DNA from: Patescibacteria group bacterium | GTDB lineage: Bacteria > Patescibacteriota > Minisyncoccia > Moranbacterales > JAKLHP01 | NCBI GenBank assembly: GCA_043803385.1 | Contig: JAZDKA010000010.1 | Coordinates: 989-64,988 of the forward strand | Direction: 5' to 3' | Length of the DNA: 64,000 nt | Shown: one piece after another, positions 20,186 to 28,574 of the stretch | Layout: the number at the start of each line of letters is the position of its first letter | Numbering within the stretch: the first letter of the stretch is position 1 | Position numbers and translations under genes: made by a program | The notes under the pieces: model-generated | Database searches by the model: none | Seen by the model: the letters and a program-made list of their open reading frames with translations, nothing else | What the model was told of the DNA's origin: nothing

Positions 20186-21094
20186 ATGAGAGAAGTTGCG
20201 TTTAAAAAAATAACTTGGCTGGATTTTAGCAGCCCTTCGGCTGATGATATTCTTTATCTTCAGGAGAATTTTGATATCCACCCTTTGGCGATTGAAGAAT
20301 TTGTCACGCCGACAATGCGGCCAAAAGCTACTGAATACCATAACTGCTTGTTCCTCACTGTGCATATTCCTCTTTATGATGTGATTACTAAAACCACTTA
20401 CCCCGGAGAACTGGATGTTGTCATTAGCAAAGACCATCTTATAACTGGGCATAATAAGGATATCTATCAGCTCACGGAATTTTTTAATCAGCTGGAAAAT
20501 AGCGAAGGGAAAAGAAGGGTGCATATGAGCAAAACTCCCGCCCATTTGATGTATATTATCTTGGAAATCCTTTTTGAATCCTGTTTCCCGAAAGTTGACC
20601 ATATTACCGAAAAACTTAACGCTATCGAAGAAGAAATTTTCAAGGGTAACGAGAAAGAAATGGTAATGGAAATATCGGTAGTCAAGAGGGATATTTTGAA
20701 TTTTAGAAGCACCTTAAAACCGCAAAGATCTATTTTGGAATCAATTTTGCAAAAAAATTGCCCTTTGATACCCAAGGAATTAACTCCATATTTTCAGGAT
20801 CTCATCGGAACAAATGTACGCCTCTGGAATGTGTTGGAAAACAGCAAAGAAATAGTAGAATCATTGGAAGATACCAATAATTCCCTGCTCTCCAATAAGC
20901 TGGAAATGACAATGAAGATTCTCACTATCTTTTCAGCAGTGCTCCTGCCTCTTACCGTTTATTCCAATATCCTGGCAATGAGTGCTAGCATTCCTTTTGG
21001 AAATAATCCATATGGATTCTGGATCCATATGGGCATAATGCTCTTCATTGGCCTTATTACTATTGCGATTTTTAAAAAAAGAAAATGGCTGTAA
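20186..21094 (+). CDS. corA: CorA-family Mg2+/Co2+ transporter
   Basis: CorA-like N-terminal domain and two C-terminal TM helices; TTGTCA-16-TATAAT promoter upstream. Confidence 0.65.
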   Translation: MREVAFKKITWLDFSSPSADDILYLQENFDIHPLAIEEFVTPTMRPKATEYHNCLFLTVHIPLYDVITKTTYPGELDVVISKDHLITGHNKDIYQLTEFFNQLENSEGKRRVHMSKTPAHLMYIILEILFESCFPKVDHITEKLNAIEEEIFKGNEKEMVMEISVVKRDILNFRSTLKPQRSILESILQKNCPLIPKELTPYFQDLIGTNVRLWNVLENSKEIVESLEDTNNSLLSNKLEMTMKILTIFSAVLLPLTVYSNILAMSASIPFGNNPYGFWIHMGIMLFIGLITIAIFKKRKWL

Positions 21095-21184
21095 AATAAA
21101 TTTTTATTATCTCATTAACGAGTTCACGGATTAAAAATAAAAAAACTCGTTAACTCTTTAACTCGTTAATTATTTAATTACTCG

Positions 21185-22666
21185 ATGTTTAGAATTTATA
21201 ACACTTTAACTAAACAAAAAGAAGAATTTAAGCCGATTAATCCCGGTAAAGTTTCAATGTACGTTTGCGGCCCGACGGTTTATGATTTTTGTCATTTGGG
21301 GCATGCCCGAGGATATGTTGCAATTGATGTTCTTCGAAGATATTTAGAATATTCGGGATATGAAGTTCGGCATATTATGAACTACACCGATGTCGGACAT
21401 CTAGTTGATAACGCGGAAATCGGAGAAGACAAAATTGAAAAAAGGGCTAGAGCTGAAAAAATAGATCCGATTGAAATTGCCAATAAATTTATTAAATTTT
21501 GTGAAGATGATTTCGGCGTGCTTAATATCAAGCCGGCGCATTTTAATCCCAGACCGACAAAATATATCGCTCAAATTATCAAATTCAATGAAGAACTTAT
21601 CAAAAAAGGATTTGCTTATGAATCCAATGGCTCGGTATATTTTTCCGTGGACAAATTTCCGGAATATGGAAAACTTTCCGGAAAGAAAAAAGAAGATTTA
21701 CTAAGCGGCGCCAGAGTTGAAATCAATCCTGAAAAGAAAAACCCTCTTGATTTCGCGCTTTGGATAAAAGCGCCAAAGGAACACATTTTGAAATGGGAAA
21801 GTCCTTGGGGAATCGGCTATCCGGGATGGCATATCGAGTGTTCGGTAATGTCTTATGATCTTTTGGGACAGGACACTTTTGATATTCACGGAGGCGGAAA
21901 CGAAAATGCTTTTCCGCACAATGAAAATGAAATTGCCCAAAGCGAGGCGTATCTTGGCAAAAAAATGGCCAATTTTTGGTTTTTATGGAATATGGTTCAG
22001 GTTGACGGCCAAAAAATGAGCAAATCCTTGGGAAATTTCACAACTATAAAAGACGCAATTGAAAAATATGGAGCGATGGTGGTGAAACTTTGGATCTTGA
22101 GCTCCCATTACCGAAGCATTACTAATTTCAGTGAAGATGCGATTGAGCAAGCTCGTGTTAACTTTCAGCGAATTTCTGATTTTGTAAATAACCTTAAAAA
22201 TTCTGGTATCTATCGAGGTCGTATCTATCGAGGTCGAACCTCGATAGAAATTAAAAAATATCAGGAAAAGTTCGAGGAAGCGATGAATGATGATTTGAAT
22301 ACGCCTTTGGCTTTGTCAGTTTTGTATGAATTAATTACCGAAACAAATAAATCAAACCCGTCAAACACTAAAGAAATTTTGAGTTTATGGGAAAAGATGA
22401 ATAAAGTTTTTGGATTAACGATTCCGGAAAGAAAAAATATAAAAATTGGTATAGACGCAATTATCATAGAGAATGAGAATAATATTCCGCTAGATGTCGA
22501 GAAATTAATTGAAAAAAGATTCTATGCTAAAAAAATAAAAGATTTTGTTGAATCTGATAAATTACGAGAATTAATTGAAAAAAGGGGATATTCAATTGAA
22601 GATACAAAAAAAGGATTAAAAGTAAAAGTAAAACTAAAGATTAAAAATAAAATAAAGAGAAAATAA
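21185..22666 (+). CDS. cysS: Cysteinyl-tRNA synthetase
   Basis: HLGHARGY (HIGH) and KMSKSLGN motifs; carries an in-frame palindromic repeat insert (IYRGRIYRGRTSIE). Confidence 0.9.
   Translation: MFRIYNTLTKQKEEFKPINPGKVSMYVCGPTVYDFCHLGHARGYVAIDVLRRYLEYSGYEVRHIMNYTDVGHLVDNAEIGEDKIEKRARAEKIDPIEIANKFIKFCEDDFGVLNIKPAHFNPRPTKYIAQIIKFNEELIKKGFAYESNGSVYFSVDKFPEYGKLSGKKKEDLLSGARVEINPEKKNPLDFALWIKAPKEHILKWESPWGIGYPGWHIECSVMSYDLLGQDTFDIHGGGNENAFPHNENEIAQSEAYLGKKMANFWFLWNMVQVDGQKMSKSLGNFTTIKDAIEKYGAMVVKLWILSSHYRSITNFSEDAIEQARVNFQRISDFVNNLKNSGIYRGRIYRGRTSIEIKKYQEKFEEAMNDDLNTPLALSVLYELITETNKSNPSNTKEILSLWEKMNKVFGLTIPERKNIKIGIDAIIIENENNIPLDVEKLIEKRFYAKKIKDFVESDKLRELIEKRGYSIEDTKKGLKVKVKLKIKNKIKRK
22208..22247. 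repeat. Palindromic element plus 15-bp direct duplication inserted in-frame in cysS
   Basis: GTATCTATCGAGGTC GTATCTATCGAGGTC GAACCTCGATAG encodes IYRGRIYRGRTSIE. Confidence 0.7.
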
Positions 22667-22751
22667 ACTTTTTAATCTTACGTTTTGTGCGTATGCGTAA
22701 AATGTAAGATATTAATCGACTAAAAGATTTATAACTTTTGATACCTCAGGC

Positions 22752-22792
22752 AATTTTAAAGGGAGACTCGACACTGTGTAAGTCTCCCCTCT
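22752..22792 (+). terminator. Intrinsic terminator of cysS
   Basis: GGGAGACT-N12-AGTCTCCC plus CTCTTTTTT. Confidence 0.65.
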
Positions 22793-22807
22793 TTTTTGCT
22801 ATTGCCG

Positions 22808-23023
22808 TTAATAGCTAACTTCTGCTCTCTCCATCATCATTGCCTCCTGTGTTTCGACCAGTTTTTTGCATACGAAAGGGTTCTTCGCGGTATCCAAGGT
22901 CACAAGGGCAAACTCCTTGTTATCTTTTTCGCCTCGTATCTCAATTGCCATGTAAATACCCTCGTATGATATCGTTAATAGATGAGCATCAGTCTTTAAC
23001 GTAACCCGTCTTCTTGCCGCCAT
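22808..23023 (-). CDS. Hypothetical small protein (71 aa)
   Basis: AGAGGGGG SD; GC-rich islet. Confidence 0.45.
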   Translation of the reverse strand: MAARRRVTLKTDAHLLTISYEGIYMAIEIRGEKDNKEFALVTLDTAKNPFVCKKLVETQEAMMMERAEVSY

Positions 23024-23171
23024 TTAATATCACCCCCTCTGTTTAGTAGGCAACCAGTAATACAATAAATAATACATTAATTTAAATTTGTCAACCTGTT
23101 CATAAGCTCTGCATAAAGAGTGGAATTTTTAAGTTGCCTTTGGCGGGAGTACTGGGTATAATAAATCTACT

Positions 23172-24530
23172 ATGGCATCTAATAATGAAATTGAAAATTT
23201 AAAAGTTCCTCCGCATAATCTTGAAGCCGAGCAGTCGGTTTTGGGCTCTTTGATGCTGGACAAAGATGCGATTATCAAAATTGCCGATTTGGTAAGAATC
23301 GGGGATTTCTACAAGGACGATCATAATCTGATCTATGAAAAAATGCTGGATCTCTATGAAGAACGGGAACCGATCGATGTTTTGAGCGTTTCCAATAAGT
23401 TGGAAGAAATAAATAAATTGGACGGCATCGGCGGTTCGACTTATCTCGCGTCTCTCGTCAATTCTGTTCCTTCTGCTTCCAATGTCGTCCATTATGCCAA
23501 AGTTGTCCAGAAAAAAGCGACGCTTCGCCGCCTCATTAAAGCCGCCAGTGATATTTTGGAAATGAGTTACAAGGAAGGAGAAGATGTCCAGAAAACTTTA
23601 GATGAAGCTGAACAAAAATTATTTAAAGTTTCCCAAAAATACATTAAACAGGATTTTATTCCTATTAAATCAATCTTGGAGGCAGCTTTTAATCGAATCG
23701 ATGAACTACATAAAGATGGGAGCAAATTCCGCGGCGTTCCGACCGGATTTCCCGATTTAGACGGAATTTTAGCGGGACTACAAAAATCAGATTTAGTAAT
23801 TTTGGCTTCCAGGCCTTCAATCGGAAAAACAACTTTAGCTTTGGACATCGCTCGCCATATCGGAGTAAGAGAAAAAGTTCCGGTAGGAATATTTTCTTTG
23901 GAAATGTCCAGCGATCAGTTAATTGACCGGATGATTGCGGCTGAAGCGCAGGTTGATTTGTGGCGCCTTCGAACCGGAAAACTTCGAAGCGAAGGAGAAG
24001 ATAATGATTTTCAAAGGATTGGAGAAGCGATGGGCGTTCTTTCCGAAGCTCCAATATTCATCGATGATTCAGCTTCCGCCAATGTGATGGAAATGAGAAC
24101 GATGGCCAGACGGCTTCAAGCAGAACACCATTTAGGGCTTATCATAATCGACTATTTGCAGTTAATGGAAGGCAGGGGAAATGAAAATCGCGTCCAGGAA
24201 ATTTCGGAAATATCAAGATCTTTGAAAAATCTGGCTAGAGAAATAAATATTCCCATTTTAGCCCTTTCCCAGCTTTCCCGTGCTGTTGAATCCAGATCTC
24301 CGCAAATCCCAAAGCTTTCCGACCTTCGCGAATCCGGTTCTATTGAACAGGATGCCGATGTGGTATTATTCCTATACAGGGAAGACCGGGAAAAACTGGA
24401 TACGCCAAACAAAAATATCGTCGAGGTGCATATTGCCAAGCACAGAAACGGGCCAATCGGACGGTTATCTTTATACTTCGAAGAAACCTCAACGACATTT
24501 AAGTCGCTGGAAAAAGCACACACGGAGTAG
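23172..24530 (+). CDS. dnaB: Replicative DNA helicase DnaB
   Basis: N-terminal DnaB domain, Walker A SRPSIGKT, RecA-like C-terminal domain. Confidence 0.9.
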   Translation: MASNNEIENLKVPPHNLEAEQSVLGSLMLDKDAIIKIADLVRIGDFYKDDHNLIYEKMLDLYEEREPIDVLSVSNKLEEINKLDGIGGSTYLASLVNSVPSASNVVHYAKVVQKKATLRRLIKAASDILEMSYKEGEDVQKTLDEAEQKLFKVSQKYIKQDFIPIKSILEAAFNRIDELHKDGSKFRGVPTGFPDLDGILAGLQKSDLVILASRPSIGKTTLALDIARHIGVREKVPVGIFSLEMSSDQLIDRMIAAEAQVDLWRLRTGKLRSEGEDNDFQRIGEAMGVLSEAPIFIDDSASANVMEMRTMARRLQAEHHLGLIIIDYLQLMEGRGNENRVQEISEISRSLKNLAREINIPILALSQLSRAVESRSPQIPKLSDLRESGSIEQDADVVLFLYREDREKLDTPNKNIVEVHIAKHRNGPIGRLSLYFEETSTTFKSLEKAHTE

Positions 24531-24620
24531 AAGTTTAGAGTTTATAAAGTTTTTAAAGTTCGTAAAGTTGAAAAATTTAACCTTATAAACTTTTATCTTT
24601 ATGAACTTTTAACTCATTTT

Positions 24621-25208
24621 ATGTTTCCTAAATCTTTTAAAAAATTAATAGATAATTTTGCAAGTTTGCCTTCCGTTGGTCCGAAAATGGCAGAAAGGCT
24701 GGTTTTGTATTTGTTTAAGCAAGACAAGGAAAAAATCCAGGAATTCGCCGAGAATCTGGAAAATATCCAGCATATGAAAACTTGCCGGAAATGCTTTAAT
24801 ATTGCTGAAGAAGATCTTTGCGAAATTTGCAAAAATACCAAAAGGAACCAAAAGCAGATTTGCGTGATTGAAGAATCGCTGGATATCATATCTCTGGAAA
24901 AAACCGGAGCTTACCAGGGATTATATTTTGTCCTGGGTGGAACGATTTTCCAGAATAATAACGAGCAAGAACTCAAAATTCCTGAACTTTTAAAAAGAAT
25001 AAAAGATGAAAAAATTGAAGAAATTATTCTTGCTACCAATCCGACTACTGAAGGTGATGCCACGGCTCTATATTTGAAAAGAAAAATTCAACCACTAAAC
25101 ATTAAGATAACTCAACTCGCCCGTGGCTTGACAACCGGAGGCGATATAGAGTATATTGACGAATTAACTCTCAATGCGGCTATAAATAACCGCAAAGAGT
25201 TAAAATAA
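24621..25208 (+). CDS. recR: Recombination protein RecR
   Basis: HhH, C4 zinc finger (CRKC...CEIC) and Toprim. Confidence 0.9.
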   Translation: MFPKSFKKLIDNFASLPSVGPKMAERLVLYLFKQDKEKIQEFAENLENIQHMKTCRKCFNIAEEDLCEICKNTKRNQKQICVIEESLDIISLEKTGAYQGLYFVLGGTIFQNNNEQELKIPELLKRIKDEKIEEIILATNPTTEGDATALYLKRKIQPLNIKITQLARGLTTGGDIEYIDELTLNAAINNRKELK

Positions 25209-25220
25209 TAATAGGAGGAC

Positions 25221-25715
25221 ATGAACGGAGTTCTTAAAATTCGAACAATATCTACCGCACAGAGGCATTGCACTAATGTTCCGAGAAGAAGATTCCCGCA
25301 TTGATAGAATTGGAGGTTCTAATTTATCAGAAAAAACAATCTTCATAAAGACGTCCATTGCGGAAAACGACTTAAGGTTCGAAGGGCATTTCCCCGAAAG
25401 AAAGATTCTTCCGGGTCACTGGCAACTGGAAATGATGTGCCAGGCAGCAGTTATCCTGGTAAAATACCTGGACCAGAAACTAAAGGACTTCCTGCCCTAT
25501 CTCATGTTGAGAGTCTAAGGCTAGTCAGACCAGTTTTCGCTAAAATCCAGCCCGTCGAGCTTGTGGTGAAAGTTGCTCTCATGGAGATAATGGAGGAACC
25601 AAGCACATCACACTCTCTTATGTATCTTTTCAGAGGAAATTTAGAGTACGTTGGAGGAAGACTAATATCGGGAGCCAGTTTTACTGGTATGAAGCATACT
25701 CTAAAAGATAAGTAG
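25221..25715 (+). pseudogene. fabZ: 3-hydroxyacyl-ACP dehydratase FabZ-like gene disrupted by at least two frameshifts
   Basis: LPHR, FEGHFPERKILPGHWQLEMMCQAA and LRLVRPVFAKIQPVELV hotdog motifs are spread over three reading frames; GC-rich. Confidence 0.6.
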
Positions 25716-25736
25716 CCGCAGGAAAAAGGAGAGCAT

Positions 25737-26000
25737 ATGACTGAACTAGAAAGGTTAAGGGATTTTCTTTCTCAAAAAATCTTAGATTTTACAAGAAAAG
25801 AATGTGTTCCGGAAGAATTGATATCAGCACATTTCGCTGTAGATAATATGATAAGTATGCTTCAGCTCTATAATAAGAAAAGTGTTGAAGATATCAAGAA
25901 AGAATTCGGATTTCCACCGGATTCACTGGAACCAGAAAGAAAAAGTTTCTACGGGAATGATCTTCTCGAGAAATCTTTAAAAAGAGGTATCGAGGGATAA
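25737..26000 (+). CDS. Hypothetical protein (87 aa)
   Basis: AAAGGAG SD; followed by a bidirectional terminator. Confidence 0.5.
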   Translation: MTELERLRDFLSQKILDFTRKECVPEELISAHFAVDNMISMLQLYNKKSVEDIKKEFGFPPDSLEPERKSFYGNDLLEKSLKRGIEG

Positions 26001-26007
26001 ATAAAAA

Positions 26008-26050
26008 AGAAAAGGGCGGGCTCATTTAACGCTGTGAGCACCGCCCTTAT
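26008..26050. terminator. Bidirectional terminator hairpin
   Basis: AAGGGCGGGCTCA...TGAGCACCGCCCTT with T-runs on both strands; ends the plus-strand 25737 gene and the minus-strand peptide cluster. Confidence 0.6.
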
Positions 26051-26052
26051 TT

Positions 26053-26241
26053 TTATCTTTCATGCGGTTCGCCAGTCGGACCGTATTCAATTTCAATTTC
26101 AGCAGAACTGGCATCAGATTTGCGAAAGAGATTCGGAAGACAGTTAATAATCGCTGCGATAATTATAGAAATAATCACGACCGCTAAAACTACTCCCATT
26201 TTTTCACCTCCTGACCCCAGAATTTTTTCAATTATAGTCAT
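26053..26241 (-). CDS. Small hydrophobic peptide (62 aa, or 48 aa from the internal MGVV start)
   Basis: GGAGGTG SD before the internal M; one TM helix. Confidence 0.45.
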   Translation of the reverse strand: MTIIEKILGSGGEKMGVVLAVVIISIIIAAIINCLPNLFRKSDASSAEIEIEYGPTGEPHER

Positions 26242-26252
26242 GGCAATCCCCT

Positions 26253-26366
26253 TTAAGCTTCATCGATAAAACTAATCGCATCCCGATAATCCTTGTCGAA
26301 GATTATCAGGAAGCAAAAAACGATAACACCTACAATCCATAAAACCGCTTCTTTTGCAATCGTCAT
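26253..26366 (-). CDS. Small hydrophobic peptide (37 aa)
   Basis: GAGGAGGT SD 5 nt upstream; single TM helix; not in the supplied ORF track (below 60 aa). Confidence 0.4.
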   Translation of the reverse strand: MTIAKEAVLWIVGVIVFCFLIIFDKDYRDAISFIDEA

Positions 26367-26387
26367 CGCATACCTCCTCTTATCCTT

Positions 26388-26516
26388 TTAAAATATGCTT
26401 GTCATCTTTGAAAAAATCTTAGACCATCCTATATTGCAGATGGTCATCGTCATTAATAATAGCAACAGAAAAAAGATTAAGATTCCAAAAAATCTCTTTA
26501 TGAATTTTTCTACCAT
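26388..26516 (-). CDS. Small hydrophobic peptide (42 aa)
   Basis: TAGGAGGTG SD 4 nt upstream; single TM helix; not in the supplied ORF track (below 60 aa). Confidence 0.4.
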   Translation of the reverse strand: MVEKFIKRFFGILIFFLLLLLMTMTICNIGWSKIFSKMTSIF

Positions 26517-26579
26517 AAACACCTCCTAAAAATTGATAATGAACAGAAAACTATCCTCCAAAGGCAGTATTTCTATGCT

Positions 26580-26888
26580 CTATCCAATTTTAGTAATCTC
26601 TACTTCTGTGAATGGTTGTCTGTGGCCGAATTTTACCTTATATCTCTTCTTTGCCTTGTGTTTGATTCCCCAGACTTTTTTAGCTCTGTCCTGTTTTAAA
26701 ATCTTTCCTTCCACCTTCGCGCCTTTGATAAATGGAGCGCCGACTTTGGCTTCCTTTTCATTTCCAACAAAGAGAACTTTGGAAAATCCAAATTTTCCTC
26801 CAACTTCTCCTTCAATTTTTTCAATCTTGATTTTTGTTCCTTCTTTGACCAGATATTGCTTTCCTCCGGTCTTGATCACTGCTAGCAT
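26580..26888 (-). CDS. rplU: 50S ribosomal protein L21
   Basis: MLAVIKTGGKQY...FGHRQPFT signature; start chosen at the internal Met. Confidence 0.85.
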   Translation of the reverse strand: MLAVIKTGGKQYLVKEGTKIKIEKIEGEVGGKFGFSKVLFVGNEKEAKVGAPFIKGAKVEGKILKQDRAKKVWGIKHKAKKRYKVKFGHRQPFTEVEITKIG

Positions 26889-26956
26889 AATGTTTGCGAA
26901 ATATAAATTATAAATACCTGATAACCCTATCATTTAAGGCAAAAAGTGTCAATCTT

Positions 26957-27151
26957 TTAGCACTTATAATATATGCCTTTCTTTTTCATATCTTCTTCTA
27001 CTTTATAAGACTTCCTGTCGAAATTCTTTCCAACATCAGGATGATTCATTATTTTATTTACAAGTTCGCTCCTGTTCATAGTTGACATCTTCTTACTTTC
27101 TTCATACTCAAATCCTAAATTTTCTAAGTATTTTTTTACTTCATTACTCAT
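26957..27151 (-). CDS. Hypothetical small protein
   Basis: 64-aa ORF only. Confidence 0.35.
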   Translation of the reverse strand: MSNEVKKYLENLGFEYEESKKMSTMNRSELVNKIMNHPDVGKNFDRKSYKVEEDMKKKGIYYKC

Positions 27152-27229
27152 AATATTTTATTTAAAAAAAATTAATTACTCTTTAAAAATTAGTGAATAT
27201 TAATGTTAAAATTAGCGTTGATTAGCGAT

Positions 27230-27511
27230 TTATACTATCCCGTTTAATTTCTTTTTTAGAGCTTTTATATCATTATCTATCTTCATTTTATCGTTTTCGA
27301 TCCTGATAATTTCTTGTTTTTTTTCTGAAATTTTAGTTTGAAGCACAGCTAATTCCCTCATTAGCCTCTTGAGGTTCATTTTTTCCGCTTCTATTTCTGT
27401 TTCTTTTTTCTTCAAATCAGAATCAGCAATGGTAATTTCAAATTGAATGCGCTGTCTTTGAGCATGAGCATCTTGTCCGTTTGAGTCTGAATTTTGTGCG
27501 TTATCTTGCAT
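27230..27511 (-). CDS. Hypothetical coiled-coil protein
   Basis: Start at MQDNAQ; heptad-rich sequence. Confidence 0.4.
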   Translation of the reverse strand: MQDNAQNSDSNGQDAHAQRQRIQFEITIADSDLKKKETEIEAEKMNLKRLMRELAVLQTKISEKKQEIIRIENDKMKIDNDIKALKKKLNGIV

Positions 27512-28574
27512 AAAAAATAGTTCCTCCTCCCAACACTTTTCCTTTTTCTGAATAAAATACTGCCGACTGGCCGGGAGTAATGGCTCTTTGCAGTTTTTCA
27601 AATTCAACTTTGTCTTTGTTTATTATAGCACGAAATAATGGACTTTGATAGCGAGTGCGAATAAGTGTTTTGAAAGGAAATTTTGGCTTTTCTTCTACCC
27701 AATTAACTTCTTTCAGGATCATCTTCTTGCTAAAAAGTTCTTTCTTGTCTCCTACAACCAGCCTATTTTTGCCAGAATCCTTCTTTATTACGTAATATGG
27801 ACCGTTTCCGCCCAATTTTATTCCCTTTCTTTGCCCGATAGTGTAAAATGGCAACCCTTCATGATTTCCGAGAACATTTCCTTTTAAATCACAAATTTTG
27901 CCTTTCTTAGGGCTTAAACTTTTTTTCAAAAATGTTTCGAAGCCTTTTTCAGGGATAAAACAAATGTCTTGTGATTCTTTTTTATTATGGACTGGCAAAC
28001 CAAATTTCTTGGCAATTTTTCGAACCTCAATCTTGGTATAATCCCCTAGCGGAAACAAAATTTTTGACAATTGTTTCTGCGATAATTTATATAGAAAATA
28101 ACTTTGATCCTTACTTTTATCCTTCGCTTCAAACAATCCAAAACTTTTAACTTTTAACTTTTCACTTTTAACTTCGCGCGCTTGCGCGTAATGTCCCGTT
28201 GCCACAAAATCCGCTTTTAGAAGCATCATTTTTTCAAATAAAACTTTGAATTTTATTTCTTTATTGCAAACCACGCACGGATTAGGAGTATTCCCCTTTT
28301 TTAATTCATCTAAAAAAAAGTCTACGACTTTCTTTTTAAATTCATTATGAACATTTAAAACATAAAAGGGAATTCCTAAAATTTGAGCAACTTTTCTGGC
28401 GCTTTCAATCGACTCCAGTGAGCAGCACCTATTCTCATAATTTTTGTCCAGCGAAACATCTTTCCAGAAGTTCATAAAAACTCCAGTAACATCATATCCT
28501 TCTTTCTTGAGCATTACGGCAACTACTGAAGAATCAACTCCTCCAGACATTGCGACAATTACTTTCTTATTCAT
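27501..28574 (-). CDS. mnmA: tRNA-specific 2-thiouridylase MnmA
   Basis: PP-loop AMSGGVDSS, conserved Cys, MnmA C-terminal domains. Confidence 0.85.
   Translation of the reverse strand: MNKKVIVAMSGGVDSSVVAVMLKKEGYDVTGVFMNFWKDVSLDKNYENRCCSLESIESARKVAQILGIPFYVLNVHNEFKKKVVDFFLDELKKGNTPNPCVVCNKEIKFKVLFEKMMLLKADFVATGHYAQAREVKSEKLKVKSFGLFEAKDKSKDQSYFLYKLSQKQLSKILFPLGDYTKIEVRKIAKKFGLPVHNKKESQDICFIPEKGFETFLKKSLSPKKGKICDLKGNVLGNHEGLPFYTIGQRKGIKLGGNGPYYVIKKDSGKNRLVVGDKKELFSKKMILKEVNWVEEKPKFPFKTLIRTRYQSPLFRAIINKDKVEFEKLQRAITPGQSAVFYSEKGKVLGGGTIFYAR

Noticed and set aside
25276-25715. Two separate small ORFs (80 and 92 aa)
   Set aside because: They are fragments of a single frameshifted fabZ-like gene and are reported as one pseudogene.
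26388-26888. Expectation of rpmA (L27) immediately downstream of rplU
   Set aside because: None of the three downstream mini-ORFs resembles L27. rpmA must lie elsewhere.
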